64,000 nucleotides of DNA from the human T2T-CHM13v2.0 reference genome, Homo sapiens. Shown piece by piece: positions 18,552 to 35,120 of this stretch. The position numbers and the translations under genes are program-made. The stretch lies in NCBI RefSeq assembly GCF_009914755.1, contig NC_060925.1. The stretch is one strand, 5' to 3'. Under the pieces are notes generated by a model that ran no database searches, had not been told where the DNA came from, and saw only the letters and a program-made list of their open reading frames with translations. Position 1 is the first letter of the stretch. Each line of letters starts with the position of its first letter.

Positions 18552-18986
18552 GGCCAGGTGCGGTGGCTCACGCCTGTAATCCCAGCACTTTGGGAGGCTG
18601 AGGCAGGCGGATCATGAGGTCAAGAGATGGAGACCATCCTGGCCAACATGGTGAAACCCCATCTTTACTAAAAATACAAAAATTAGCTGGGCATGGTGGC
18701 CTGTGCCTGTAGTCCCAGGCTGAGGCAGGAGAATCGCTTGAACCCGGGAGGCAGAGGTTGTGGTGAGCCGAGGCCACTGCACTCCAGCCTGGTAACAGAG
18801 TGGGACTCTGTCAAAAAAAAAGAAGAAAAGAAGAAAGGAAAGAAAGAAAGAAAGAAAGAAGGAAGGAAGGAAGGAAGGAAAGAAGGAAAGAAAGAAAGAG
18901 AGAGAAAGAAAGAAAAAGAGAGAGAGAAAGAGATAGAGAAAGAAAGAAAGAAAAAAAGAAAGAAAGAGAAAGAAAGAAAAAGAAAG
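18552..18986 (+). mobile_element. Alu (S-like) with expanded (GAAA/GGAA)n tail
   Basis: Dimer 18552-18812 plus about 170 nt of purine tail; TSD agaaagtttgcagt / agaaagatcgcagt. Confidence 0.93.
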
Positions 18987-19679
18987 ATCGCAGTGCAGAG
19001 CGGGAGCCTAGTAAACAGTGGATAGACAAGAAATGAATGAAAGCTTCAAACAATAACTGAGCAGCGTGAGAGACCTCTGAGGGTGATGGAACGATTGTGT
19101 ATGTTGATCGTGGTAGAGGGGACGCAGATCCATACCTTTGCCAAAATCCATAGAACTGTATGCCATAAAGAGTGAATTGTACTTTTAAACTTTTAAAAGA
19201 TTGGTTGTCTCAAAGATTCCTTCTGGTTTTGACATTGTATGGCTTTCTTCACCTATAAGATAGAGTTGCTGCTGGAAAGAAATGATGTAATTGATGTGAT
19301 TCTGCATTATGGTGGAAAGAAAAAGGGTCTGTATGATATAGTTTCATTTGTTCACTCTAGCGTCCTCTTATCAGCCTGCTTTTGGGTTCCTTCAGGACTT
19401 ACCCAGGGAGTGGTAGAGGATGGCCACTCAGGACCTCATTTGGCATCCAGGGGCAGCGAGCTCTCAGAGGTACCACATCCTTTATGGTAGCCTCTGGTCC
19501 CACATGGCTATTATGACTTGAAATGTGGCTGCCTTAATGAGGGAAGTGAACTTTTAATTTTATAATCTTAATTAACTTACATTTAGATTTAGAAACCGAA
19601 TCAGTGTAAAAGATTTTCCTATTAAATATAACTATTGTTTTGGTAGGACTACATCTTAATTTTATTTATTTTATTGTTA

Positions 19680-20460
19680 ATTTTTTTTCCTGAGATGTAA
19701 TTCACATACCATAAAATTCACCTTTTGGTTATTCATTTTTTAAATTGAGACAGGGTCTGGCTCTGTCACCCAGGCTGCAGTGCAGCGGCACCATCACAGC
19801 TGACTGCAGCTTCAAACTCCCCAGCTCAAGGGATCCTCCCACCTCAGCCTCCTGAGGAGCTGGGACCACAGGTGTGAGCCACCACGCCTGGCTAATTTTT
19901 AAAAAAACTTTTAGTAAGACAAGACATCACTGTGTTGCCCAGGCTGGTCTCAAACTCCTGGGCTCAAGCAATCCTCCTGCCTTAGCCTCCCAAAGTGTTG
20001 CAATAATAAGTGTGAACCACCACGCCTGGCTTTTTTTTTTTTTTTAAATAATTCACCATTTTAAAGTGTTACAACTCAGCGGTTTTTGTATATTCACAAG
20101 GTTATGCAACTATCACCACTGTCTAATTCCAGAACATTTTATCACCCCTCCCCCACAAATAAAACCCGTACCTATCAACCGTCACTCTGAATTCCTCCCT
20201 AACCCTTAGCCTCAGGCAAACACTAGTCCACTGTCTGTCTCTATGGATCTGCCTATTCTGGGCATGTTATATAGATGCAGTCACTCAGTATGTGTCTTTT
20301 GTGTTGGTTCTTTTCAGTTAGTATATGTTTTTGAGGTTCAACCATGATGTACTTTACTCCTTTTATCGCTGAATAATATTCCATTGTATGAATGTACCAC
20401 GTTTTGTTTATTCATTCATCAGCTGATGGACATTTGGATGTTTCCATTTTTTTTGGCTAC
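19680..20460 (-). mobile_element. L1MB-like 3' fragment interrupted by an antisense Alu (19736-20031)
   Basis: taattcacataccataaaattcacc ... tattcacaaggttatgcaactatcaccact ... gctgaataatattccattgtatg, with an Alu dimer inside. Confidence 0.85.
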
Positions 20461-20579
20461 TAGCCCTTGAAAATATAGCATTCAAATGACATGTGTTGGA
20501 AAGGTAAATCAGACTTACAGAAAAAAGAATAAAAATACCTCATTAATAATTTATTTATATTCAATACATTTTGAAATAA

Positions 20580-20904
<325 letters not shown>

Positions 20905-22964
20905 CAAAATAATTTTTTATATATGGGGTTCAGTAAAATATACCATTGAAAAAAACAAGCCTAGAAACAAAGCAGAGGAGGTGCGACTGTCGGGGAGGGA
21001 GGGCAGGGACCTTCCTCCCCGGGTCTCTTTGTTCAACTCCCTGCACCCAGTGGTAGACTTGGAATGAGGGGCGAGGGAGGGCCTGGGAGGAGCAGCCACT
21101 TTTGGAGTCGCTGTGCCTTGGCACTTAGGGGAGCTGCAGAAAGCACAGGTCCAGGCAGGAGTTGGTAGATTTCCCCCTGGGAGGGCACTCAGGGCTGGAT
21201 TAATTGGACAAAAGGAGTAACTGGAGTGGCCAATGACAACACTGCCTTCTCCTGGCACCTGGCCTGCGCCAGGCTGCGGAGTTGCTCAAGGCACTTTTTG
21301 CTCAAGTACCTGCAAGCTCCTGTGCTCCTCTCCTTTGCGGGGGAGCAAAGGCAGCAACTTGAGAGGCTACATTGTCTCTGGGAAGCAGGGACTGGAGCCC
21401 AGGCCCTGCTCCATCACTGTTTTGTTGTGTCCTTGGGCAAGTTCTTTCTGCTCTCTGGGTCTTGATTTCCTTGTGGGTCAGATGAGAGGACTGGATTAGA
21501 TAATCTATAGGGTGTTTTCCAGCTTTAACATTTTAGAGTTTTGAAAACAGTCCTGAGTCAGACAGACGTGGGATCAAAGCCTAGCTTTATCCTTACCAGC
21601 TGTGTAACTTCTCTGTGCCTTGTTTCTCTATCTTTAAAATGGAGTAAATAATAAATAGTGACTTCACAGGGTTACTGAAAGGTTTAAATAAGGTAACTGT
21701 TGCCAACACTTGGTGCTTACTATTACCAAACACTGTCCTAACTGCTTTGCACAGATGAGCTTATTTAATCCTCCCAGCAAATCCAAGTTCCTATAGTGAG
21801 AATGTGACAGAGAGGATTTTGGACCCAAGTAGTCCAGCTCCAGAACCTGTTTCCTCGTCCACCATGCTGACCTGCTTTCAGTACAGGTAGGAGGCTGTGT
21901 CCTCAATAAATGCTAGAGGGAGAGGAAGGCAGAATTCTATGATTGTTAAAATACTTCTGATGGAAATCCTAGTATGTTCCACATTAAATAGATGCGGAAA
22001 CCAAACTCAACAGGATGAAGTGATGAGCTCTGGACCACCGCCAAAATGGTGACAGAGCAAAACCCAGATATTCTGGCTCAGAGTTCCCCCAAGTATTTGG
22101 AACCGGAGTGGATCTCAAGTTACACATGCAAATCTGTTGGCAGATAAGCAGCCCCAACCCAGGCTAATCTCAGAAAGTATCACTTAGCTGATTAATATCT
22201 GAATATCAGGGGTGCGTTTCTGGAAATGTCTTTGCCTTCCTCAGTGCATACTCTCTGAATTTCATCCAGGTACAATTCTTAGTTGTTAAGTGTTGCACTT
22301 AATAAGAATTGGCTGTCTAGGGTGCTTTTAAAACCACTCTTGGCTGCTTCTAAGATTCAGCTCAAATATTTCTTGAGTGTCTACTGTGGGCAGAGCATGT
22401 ACTATGTACTGGAAATACGCAGAGATGAAGGAACTACTTCCCGCCCTGCCCTCTGGGAGTTCTCAGTTGAATCAGGCAGATAGAAGAAATTCCCTTGCTC
22501 AAGAATAATTGTTTTAAAATGGACAAAAATGATAAAACTCAGTGTTGGTGACTGTGCAGGGAAACAGTCACTCTTATTCCCTGCTGGTGGGAAAGGAATA
22601 TGGTCCAATCTTTCTAGAGGGCAGTTCGATAACAGTTATCAAAAGTCATAAAACTGTGCCTACCCTTATAACCCTGCAATTCTACTTCTTGAAATTGGCC
22701 CCAAGGAAATAATTATGGCTGGGCACAAAGGTTTAGCCATAATTATGTTTGTGCAGCGTTGTTTATGATAATGAAATACTGGATACACCCTTGTACGTCA
22801 ATGGGGGACTGGTAAATTAGACATGGGTCTTCCACACCAAGGTCACCAGAGAATATTTAATGCTACAGGGGTTCACATTGTTACCCAGTGGGGAGAAAAG
22901 GCAGGATACAAAAATGCCATCAAATAGTGTGGCAGCATTTTTTCAGTAAGAACAAGTCTTTTCC

Positions 22965-23993
<1,029 letters not shown>

Positions 23994-25676
23994 CTTATAG
24001 GTGCTCTTTTTATTCTCATTTTACAGTTGAGAAAGTTGAGGCTCTGAGAGTGTAAGGGACTAGCCCACATGTTCTAGCTGGGATTGAAGTTTGGCTCTGA
24101 GAGCCTGTACAGTTAACTCGGATGTAATTGCTTTCCTGTAGGCAAAGAAAATCATATGGGAGAATAATGGTGGTTCTCTTGGGATGGTGAATTATAAATA
24201 TTTAATTTTTTCTTCATTATAATTATCTGCATTTTCATTGCTTTTTTTCCTCTCAATGAGCATTGGTTGCTTTTGTAATTAGAAGAAAAAAAGTTATTTT
24301 ATTTCAAATAACATTGGCCTGTTGAACTCACAAATCACAAAAATGAAAAGCTTGACATATAAGAGGGTTTATCCTTGGCAAGTCCTCTACCTGCCAGAGG
24401 GTTGTTTCAGATGGAGGACAGGAAACCCTAATGTCTGGTCTTCAGAACTCTAATGGAGGACCCTCATCCCCAGCCAGCCCCTCAGGCCAAATCCCAAAGG
24501 GCGAGTTTCCAACCGGCAGGTTCCCATCTTCCCATCAGCCCTGAATTCCACAGCCTGGTTTTCGCTAGCAATTCAAAGGTGGGCACCCCGATCTCAGTGG
24601 CCCCATTCATCATGTTGGAAGCCTTCCCACCACCTCATTTCAGAATGAGTTAGGCAAGGACAAGCCCAAAGCAGGTGGCAAAGATTATTTAAAAACAAAG
24701 ATTTTTTTTCCCTCCAAATTAGCTAGGGATCCCTAGAGTCACTACCCACCAAGGAATTAACCCCTTTTTGTACTCACAGGGCTGACTGGCTATTGTGATA
24801 GCTGTTCATTATGAAACTGTCCATCACGACTGCTGTTAGAGAACTACCTGCTGGGCTTCTACCATCTGAGGAAAGGAAGGGGTGGGGAGAAGGCCAAATA
24901 CTGTTGTGGGGGGTGTGGAGGTGTAGGGGAGGACAAGGAGGAGGGATACAGGTGGTTGTAATCATAGTAAAAGCAGCAAAATGTTAATAAACTACAACAA
25001 ATGTTTCCTGAGTACTTACACATGCTGGGGGGTTTATATGCATTATTTCATTGAATCTTCCCTTGAAACCCCATGAGGTGGGCACTGTCATTACACCGAT
25101 TTTGCAAGTGGGAGAGCAGTCAGGCTGAGTGAGGCTAAATAACTGTCCAAGGTTATACTGCTGCTAAATGGAGCAGTTAGGATTATAAACCCAAGTCCTC
25201 CTCTTGCTAACCACCCACCTGGAGCCCTGCAGAGCCCCCAGAGAGCCTCTTCTCAGGGCGTGCTTCATATACGCACTTCACACACATTTTCAATTTCAGG
25301 ACTTGCTGTTTTCAAGTCTCTTGGCCAGAAAGATCTCACGAGGTTTCTTTTGTTTTGTTTTGTTTCTCCTAGATTTATGTGATGCCACTTTGGAGGTACT
25401 CAAGCTTGATGGCTTTGAGATGTGCCTGTCCTGGGTTTGTATCCTATTTCTAGCACTGTATGTTGTTGTATCTTGGGCCTCAGTATTATCAATGTAAAAT
25501 AGAGACTGAAAATTCAACATACATGTCCTTAATCACACAGTAACCATAAAGTTTGGAAACACACTTATTTTGCCTGTATTTTAATGTAATCGAGCTATAC
25601 CATTCACATTTGTTATGCATATTTTCCTCTTTTCAGATACAGAGTAGCTCATGAGATAGATCTGAGCTCATGGGAG

Positions 25677-25677
25677 A

Positions 25678-25711
<34 letters not shown>

Positions 25712-25745
25712 TGTATACATACATTACATATTTTATATTATAAAA
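25677..25745. repeat. (TA)n/(TATG)n microsatellite
   Basis: Visible directly. Confidence 0.9.
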
Positions 25746-26898
25746 TTAAATATGTGTGTAAAGAACTTAGCATGCAGCCTGGCACATAGTAGGTGCTTAA
25801 TACATGATAGCTGCCATTGTTTGTTGGTTTTGGGCCTTAACTCAATCTCACAAACGTTTGTTGAGTGTCTGTGTGAAGGCCCTAGAGGCAAGCTCTTATG
25901 TGGTAGCGAAGGCAAACAGACATATACGTAAATTATTCTCAAAGAAGGCAGTCTATGTTAAGTGAAATGCTGCCAGTATAGACAAAGTGCATTGAGAGAA
26001 TAATGGACAAAGCAGTGAATTCTTGCCAGGGAGATCTGGGTGGTAAGATTTTTATTTTTAGATTAAATTGACAATACAGAGAAATGCAGATCTTTAGTGT
26101 ACAATTCAGTGAATTTTGGCAAATGTATTCACCCATGAAATTACCACTGGAATGAAGATCAAGAACATTTTCATACCCCCAAAACCCCTTCTAATCAATC
26201 CTCACTCCCCAAAGGCAACCACAGTTCTGTTTTTTCCCCACAATAGTTTTGCCTGTTCTTAACCTTCATATAAATGGAATCATTCAGAATGTCCCCTTCT
26301 TGTGTCTGGCTTCTTTCATTTAACATGGGTGATAAGGTTTGAGCTGAGCCTGAAAGCACTGCTAGGGTTGAATAAGCAACAATGGAGGCAGGGGAGAAAA
26401 GGTGAGGTATAGAGAATAGCTTGAGAAAGAAAAGGAGACGGATAAAGTGAATTGGGGACTGGTGTGACTAGAGTAAGGGGTACCCAATGGGGAAGAGAAA
26501 GAAGGATGGAAAGCTAGGTTGGAGCTTTGTTTTGCAGAGTTTTCAATGCCAGGACAAAGGCATGTAGACTTTATCCTGAAGGCAACAGGGAGCCAGCCAG
26601 GGAACAGAAGAGTGGACTGATGAGATCTGGGTTTTGAGGAGATATATATGTGGCCACAGCAGGTAGATACAATGAAGTTCAGAAAGTCTGGAGGCCTGGA
26701 GACCAGTTATTTGATTGTTTATTAATTCATCCATTCATTCACAATGTCTGCCAACTTTGTGATCAATAGCCTGCTCATTCATTCATTCACCCAAAAAGTA
26801 TTTATCTGGTACTCTCTAGATTTTGGGTTTCTGGCCATTACCTCTCTGGCTTTATCCGTTGACTAGGAAACAAGTTTGATAAATCCTTCTTTAAAAAA

Positions 26899-27008
26899 TT
26901 GAGATGGGATCTTACTATGTTGCCCAGGCTGGTCTTGGATTCCTGGGTTCAAGCAATCCTCCCTCCTTGGCCTACCAAAGTGCTAGGCATGGGTCACTAC
27001 GCCCAGCC
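26899..27008 (-). mobile_element. Alu left monomer (FLAM-like)
   Basis: gagatgggatcttactatgttgcccaggctggtc ... cactacgcccagcc. Confidence 0.85.
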
Positions 27009-29204
27009 TCTGCTGCTTGTATCAAATTCTCTCCTCACCCTGAAAGTCTGGGAAATCCTTGATTTTTTTTCTAGTAATGGGCTCATCAAATCCTGCTAAG
27101 AAAATCTTCATTCCCATTGGGTATGTCTTTCCTAAAAACCCAATTGGGCAGACATCACCTTAGATTATTTTGTATGTGAGATAATAAGTAAATAGCCCAG
27201 AGAAACAGGAAGGGTTTAAATCAATGAAGGCAAGGTCAACTCTATGCCTTCTTGGAGGGCTGGGGACAGTGTTTCCCAAAGTGTGTTCCACAGTGGATCA
27301 CTGGTTCTACAGGTTGTTATAGGAGTCAGTGGGGATGGAGGAGATGAAATCATGGCCATCTTAGTTTGAGAAATACTGGGTTAAAAAACAAACAAGGTAG
27401 GTTTCCTGACTGCAGGACTTTTCAGATGCTTGATGACTATGCCTTGTTCATTTCTAAGGAGAGATGTGAAGCTTTTCCCAAATGTTTTGATCCTGGAATC
27501 TTTTCTGCCGGGAACATCTCAGGCATTCTTGTATTTCTCAGAATGCATTTGTGAGATTCCCCGACATGACTTGAGAGAAATCAGAAGCAGTTCAGATCGA
27601 GGAGAGTTATGGAGCAAAATGCCCATAAGGTTGGGCCAGAGTAGGGAAGAGCCTGGAGCTGTGAAGAAGAGGGAGCTCCCTCCACAGGGAGGCACAGGAA
27701 AAGGAGAAGGAAGTGGGCTTGAGCCTTGCCTCGCAGTTGCATGGAAGTAGGAAGAGGAAAGAAATTTCCCAGTGGGAAAAGGAACTGGTGCAGGACTGAA
27801 CTGGGACCGCGGAAGGACATCTGTATTGCAGAATTTCTATGGAGGAAACTTTATCTTCAAAGTGGCTGCAGCTGGAGCCTGTATTTGCTGGGCAAGAGAA
27901 AAAGGAGGAAAAAGTACATGGCTACTGGCCATGGGACGTGACAAGGACAGGGAAGTAGGGTGCTCCTTCGCGATCCCCACCCCTAGAACTGGCTCTTTCC
28001 CACAGGCACATGAGTGAAGAGCGCTGAGCTCTGTCCTCTCATTGTATGGCACGCTTATCTCCCTCACTGTGCTTCAGTTCCCCCAACTGCCAAAGGATGA
28101 GAAGGTAGGCCTTCCAGAAAAAGAGTCTGAGCCTTCCAAGGGAGGCAGGCAGATCTGTGCCTCTTCATAGCTGGGCAGAGCTTCACCAACAGGCTTCAGA
28201 CAGGTTTGCACCCAAAGTCACAGCGGTAGCTGAGGTTCTGAAGTAACAGGGGATCTGGGTTCAAATACCAACTCCACCACTTACCTTGAGCCAGTCACTT
28301 TACCTCTCTGGGCTTTTCATGTTTCAGTTTTTCTCACCTCAAACACTTGGGCACCAGGAGGTTAGTACAAGGTACTTATGTTTGTTAGTAACATCACTAA
28401 ACTCCTCTAAAGCCCATTGTCTCTGTAAAGGGAAATTTGTTACATTAAGATTGGTTAAGAGACTTTGTACTGTAAGGGGCAAAAACTGGTAGAACGAGTT
28501 GAAACTGATTGTTTTTTTATTTTCTGTAAATCCTGCCCATGTCATCCCCCTCAGGGTTCAAGCAGGGCTTAAGAATAACTCGGTGGAGACTCTTGTGGGT
28601 AAGGGGGATGCTGAATGCCTCCTCCATTCCCAGCATTGGTCTCCTGCTGGGTGTGACTCAGACTGCACAGTGGGCCAGGAAGAAGGGGGTGGGGGTGTCA
28701 GAGGTCACTAGGCCCCAAAAAAGAAAATGTTCTATTTCCCAGGTGGGGCCTGTTTTACAACAGATCAGGACATCCCCAGGCTCTAGAGACAACATCCCTC
28801 CCTTACCATAAACTAATCCATTCTGGTCAAGTGGAGGATGATTCTCGCCCAAGGCACCAAAAGGCAGAATCCCCCAGGTCTGATGTTTGGGGTTAGCTGG
28901 TTTTCTCAGGCCTGCTCCCTTTGTGATGCAGGCTTCGCTTTTTAGCCTTACACCTTCCCTGAGGCCTCCTTGTGGCTCCAGAAAGTCTTGCAAACAGTTC
29001 ATTCACCCTATCTGGTCAAGAAGGTTCTGCCTAGAAGCTGCGGGATGGGGTGGCTTTTGAAGATGGTGTCGAGGCCCGGGGGTTTATGAAATGTTATCTT
29101 GGCTGATAAAGGCATCTGCTACTAATTATTTTTTCCTGTGTTTTCTTTTTTTGTCACCTTCAAAGTCACAGATCTCAGACAGTTGGAAAGAACCTGAGTG
29201 ACCT

Positions 29205-29580
29205 TCAAACTCAAACCATTCATTTCACAGTTGGAGAAACTGGCTCAGGGAAGGAAGATGACTTGCCTGAGGTCACACAGCCAGCAAGCAGCAGAGCTGG
29301 AACTCAAACCTTGATCTCTTGCCCCTTGGTCCTGTGCTGTCTCTCCTGCTGCCTAATATTGGTAACAGCTATGGGGCACTTACTTTGTGCCAGGCACTAT
29401 ATTAAGTGCTTTACATGCATTTAATCCTTACGACCATCCTATGAAATAAATACTATTATTAATCCCATTTATAGATAAGGAAACAGACTCAGAGAAACAA
29501 GTTATGAAGCTTAGGGTCACAGCTAACAAAAAGCTGAGCCAGGTTTCAAACCCAGATCAGTCTCAAAACCCGGAGCTTGT
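29205..29580. mobile_element. MIR fragments (representative; many more MIR and L2 relics occur across the window)
   Basis: MIR core phrases: cccatttatagataaggaaacagactcagaga, gacttgcctgaggtcacacagc, tttcaaacccagat. Confidence 0.8.
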
Positions 29581-32500
29581 AATCACTAACACTAATCTAA
29601 GGCATAAGTCTTCTCTTTGAGGGGCTTAACTTTCAACATCCCCAAACCACCTCACACGTTTCAGGGAACCCACAAAGACTGGAGAGAGAAAGAGGGTGAA
29701 ACAAAAGGCTCCCAAACTGGTCCCATTCAGATGGGGCTATCCCAAGTTGTCACTTCAGTCTAAGAGCAGCCAAATGAAATACTGTGACCCTATGTTGGGT
29801 CATCAGTCAATTCAGAAGCCCCTGGCAGTTTTGAAATATGGCGAAACAGGCAAAGCCATGGACTAGAGAGTCAAGTCACTGTCACCTGCCTATCAAGACT
29901 CATCTTCTTAGCAGTTTCTCCAACACCCATCAGTGGGTAATACTGAGGATGTCTGCACATGACCCAGGAGGTACAAATGACTGAGCTCATTGTGAAAGGA
30001 GACAGGGCTGCAGGTGAAGTATGCATATTCATAGAGTACTGGCAAGGCATGAATCAGATTTCTTAGGAGACTGGGCAGAGAGCAGCAGTCATGCTCTCAT
30101 CCTCTGAGGCAGGGGAACCTGATGACTAACCCCCATCTTCAGGCACATTTGCCTTGGGCTGAGTGCCCCGGGAGGCAGAAGCAAAGAAAGAGACAGGACA
30201 AGGAACTGTTTCACTGGGGTGGCAAGAGATGCCCATCCCTAATGATAAAAGACAATGGCTGACACTTATCAGGTCTTAACTATACACCAGAGTGGTGCTG
30301 AATGTTTTGCAGTGTGTTACCTTATTTGCAAAAACCTCACAACGGTGAAATTATGCCTATTTTACAGATGAAGAAACTGAGACTCAGAGAGCTCAAAGGA
30401 CTTGCCCAAGGTCACACAAGTAGTGAATGGTTGAGCCAGGATACAGACTCACGTAGACTGGCTCTAAAATCCAAGCTAGATGTGCTCCACCTTCTGTGTA
30501 TGTGTGTGTGAGGGCAGGTAGTCGGCAGTAGAGACTTCTGCATCACCTGAAGGGTGAAATTAGAGAAGTCTAACAGACTCCTCCAACACAAGATATTTTG
30601 TGAAATTTGACAACAAAACAATGTTTCCAAACATCTAGTTGCAAGCAGAGGAAAGGTTTTCGAGTAGAAGGGTTTCATCAAGGTTTCCCCAGTGGGCTTG
30701 TGTACAGGAATATACCTTATTCATTTCTCTCCCCAGACTGTGGCATAGTTACTTGAACTGAGCACGTCCTCACCAAGTTACCTGAATGACTGTTTGCTGA
30801 AGCAACGTAATGTAGCAGTTCAGCTTTGGAGCCAAACAGTCTGGGTTGAGATCCCACCTTGGGTCCTCTGGCGCTGCATGACCTGATCAAGTTTCATAGC
30901 TTCTTTAAGTCTCAGCTTCCACATCTATAAAATAGAGGTGGGCACTTGTAAGGACTGAGTGAAACAGGACAGGTAAAGTGTACAGACCCGAACAGAGAGT
31001 TAAGTGCTCAAAAAATGAGAGCTGCTATTATAATTGGTGATGATTAAATAACTCTCCATACTCACTGAATGAATGGATAAATGAATAACGCATGTGCCTA
31101 GTCAATGTGGCAGCCTGTCCGGAGCACTGGCTGAAAGGGTAAGCAGGGGCAAGTGAGGAGTGGGGAGATTGATGGTGACTTCTGAGCGGTTACCTTCCTG
31201 AGAGAAGAGCCAGAGGGGCCTGATCGTGGCGTAAGATATGGTTCTTAGGCCCCTGCAGGCCACAGTTTCTAAGTCCTTCCTCTTCTCCACTGCTGGACCA
31301 TAAGGCCCCAAACTGATGGCCTTGAAAAATTCCCTAGCAGGCCAGCGGTGGATTCAGAAAACCCCTCACCTGAATGTTCAAGGCCCAAGGTTGAGCACTT
31401 AACCTCTGACCACATGGCCTCTGCCTTCCTAGTGGGGATACAGGGCCCAGAAAGGCCTCAGCAAAACCCTCCCTCTCCCCACCCTCTCCAGTGAGATCAG
31501 ATCTAAATAAACACCAATGGCAGCCTTTGAAGGAACACTCCTAAGAAACAGGACGGGTTAGGACCTTATGGGTTAGTTGTGCCTATCTGAACCTCTCTAA
31601 GCAGAGCAGGTCCCGCCCTGTCCTGCCCCACCTCACCCCACCCCACCCTAACCTAGGAAGGTAGCACTGACCCTGGCCACCTACTCATTCCATTCAGCAC
31701 TGGGGCACCAAGACCCTCTGTCCAAGCCAGACCTTGGCCAATTTTCCTCTGTAGCATTTCAAGGAAATCCCTATCTTAACCCTCCAGGCCCCAGTTTGAC
31801 CCCTGCACAGAGGAGGAAATATGTTTCCAGTGTTTGCCGTGGGGGTAGTGGGGATAAATATGTTTTTCTCTGCGATGCTGTCTTTTATTTGGAAGTGGGC
31901 AGTGTCTTGTTTAATGGCCTCTTTTAAGACAGACTCAGCAATAGTGGTTGGGCTGCTGGGGCCTGAGGCACAGGTGAGGGCTCACCTGGGGCCAAGACAG
32001 CTGGGTTCTGTTCTTCCCAGCAGGCCCTCTCCTTCCAGGACTGAGGCTGTGTTCTCCCTGGCTCCCCTCTCCCTGGCTGCCTCCTGTTCTGGCTGGTTCC
32101 TGGCAACAGAGAAAGAATCTCAAGACAGCACACTGGCTGCTTCTTCCTTCTCTGCCTGAGCAGAGGATAAGCCTTCTCTGATTTGTTACTTTTAAATAAA
32201 GTTTCTTTTTCCTATTAACAGAAGAAATAATGTCCACAGAAACAAAAATAAAGCATAAATCACCACTGACCCCAATATCCATAATACTCCCTGGGGTGAA
32301 TTATTGTTTTCTCTATTCATATAAATGGATTTTTAAAATAGGAATGGACTAATTTACTAAAAGTAGAGTAAATGGAAGACTTAAAAGTAGGGAATCAGAC
32401 CCAGATTCAAGACTTAGCTCAGAAACTCCCTGAAAATAACCTTAGTAAGTTTCACTTCTGCGCCTCACTTTCCTCATTTGCAAAATAAAGATAATAGTAC

Positions 32501-33125
32501 TCACATCATAAGGTGGTTGTGAGAATAATACGAGGTCAAACACTGAGCCTAATGCCTGGAACAATCATAAAAACACATAATTGCTAACAACTGTACTGAA
32601 AGCACAGTAAATAACTTCCATGGTACACAGGAAGCCTCCGTAGCATCCTTTTAAACTGTAGCGGGGCATGCAGCTACATTCAGGTATCTTAATTTACTTC
32701 ACTGAATCTCTTGTGAAGGGTATTTTTATTAATTCTAATTTTTCAGGATTATAAACAATGCTCTGATGCACATCCTTGTAGGTAACTCTTTGCACACAAA
32801 GATTATTTGCTTAGGCAAAATTCCTATGAGTGAAATTGCTAGATCAAAGGATGAGCTAAACTGGAAAGCCAAAGCTTAGACTGGCTCACTCTCCTCCCAG
32901 CAAGGAGCATGCTTGTTTTCCCTTGCCAATACTGTGATTAGCATTTTCTTTCATCTTTATCAACTGGATAAATGAAAAAAAACAAAACAAAAACAACTGC
33001 TTGTTTGCTTTCGGAGACTTATTTCTAAGAAGAGCTTTCAGGGTGACTTTAGACTCCATGATTCCTCATGTCCAAGGAAGCTCCAGGAAGGAATGTAGGT
33101 GGTCTTACTGGAAGAACTGTGATAA

Positions 33126-33563
<438 letters not shown>

Positions 33564-34726
33564 CTATGTAGGGTGTGTGGCCTACCCCTCTGCTTAAGAA
33601 CATTATAATGAAGCTTTTACTTTAAATGTTAAATGTTCAAATGAAATGCTACAGAATATTTTAATGAGTTTTGAGTGAGTGCCCAGGACAGCACTTCTGT
33701 GACCCCTTAGGACCCATAATGGTATCTAGGGTGATGCTTTGTCTGAAAGTCAAGGGTCAATCCAAAGTTCTTCACTTAACCAGGGGCATTCTCTCTGAAC
33801 CTCAGTCTAACAAATGGGGCCAACCATGCACTCTTGTCCCTTCCTCCTGGGATGGCTGTATGGATCAGGGGAGATGAAGCACAGGAAAACACTTTGAAAA
33901 GAGCTCTACATCTAGCAGAGGCTGTATTGAGGGGAGGTTGAGGGCTGAATGCTGTGAACTTAGCTGTGCACTGGGGCTGGAAATGGGAAGTGGCTGAGGC
34001 CTTTTTTTTAAGCTGGGTGCTCCCTATAACACCAGCTACCTTTTATTGGGTACCTATTTGCCATAGGTTTTACGTCAATATCTCATTTAATTTAATCCCC
34101 AGGCTGACCCCACTGAAGCATGATGGGAAATTACATACAGACCTGAAGTCATGGGTGCAAAGAGAAGGCACTGGTGCATGAAAATAAGAGGGAGGAGAGG
34201 AATTCAAACTTCGGAGGTCTTCCCTTGGGTGGTGGTGGGTGGGGTGGGGGGTAGAAGGCAATACCTAATTTGCCCAGAATGTCAGTAATGTGTGAAATTA
34301 TGTTCATTCATCCGTTTTTCATTTATTCAACAAACATTTATTGAATACCTATTATGTTGAGACACAGGACAAGTGCTATGTGAGATTTATTTTTCCTTGT
34401 ATGGTTTCTGCCCTCCAGAAATTTACAAATCCTATCTGCCTTGCAGATACTATCAACCAACCTATCTACTTTTCTTCCCTCCCTCCCTCCCATCTCCCTT
34501 CTATCTATCCCTCCTAGACCTTGTTCCAGACAGGGACTAGGAAGCTTGAAAGGACTATTTCCACAACTTTGGGATCAGGCCAACTTCAGTTTGATTTCAT
34601 CTCTGTCACTAAGGGGAGAGCCAGGTGACCTTAGATGTTATATCACCTCTCTGGGACTGTTACCATCTTCTGTATAAAACAGGGATACTTATGGCGGCTA
34701 CTTCACAGGCCTCTTGAATTACATGA

Positions 34727-34817
34727 TTTTATATATATATATATATTTATTTATTTATTTATTTATATATTATTTATATATATATTTATATATTTATATA
34801 TTTATATATATATAAAA
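34727..34817. repeat. AT-only (TA/TTTA)n microsatellite
   Basis: About 90 nt of A and T only. Confidence 0.9.
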
Positions 34818-35120
34818 TCAAGCACTAGAACAGTGCCTGACACATACTATGGACACTGTTATCTAATCCTCATAGCAATCATTTCACTGAGGACAAACTG
34901 AGGCAGAAGGAAGTGAAGTTGCTTGTCCAAGGCCTCAGGCAGTCACCCTCAAAGCTGACGTTCTTTAGTAACTTGGCCAACCATGTGACCCCATTTTACA
35001 GGTAGGAATGGGATAGAGCATCTACAGCTAGCATTATGGCGTTAAGTGCTCAATAAATGATAGTAATTTTAATTGCAAAATCAAAATGAGATCAGATAGC
35101 TGAGCTCGCTGCTGAGAGCC

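Noticed and set aside
17887-19053. Poly-Arg/Lys/Leu/Pro ORFs
   Set aside because: Artefacts of the GA-rich simple repeats.
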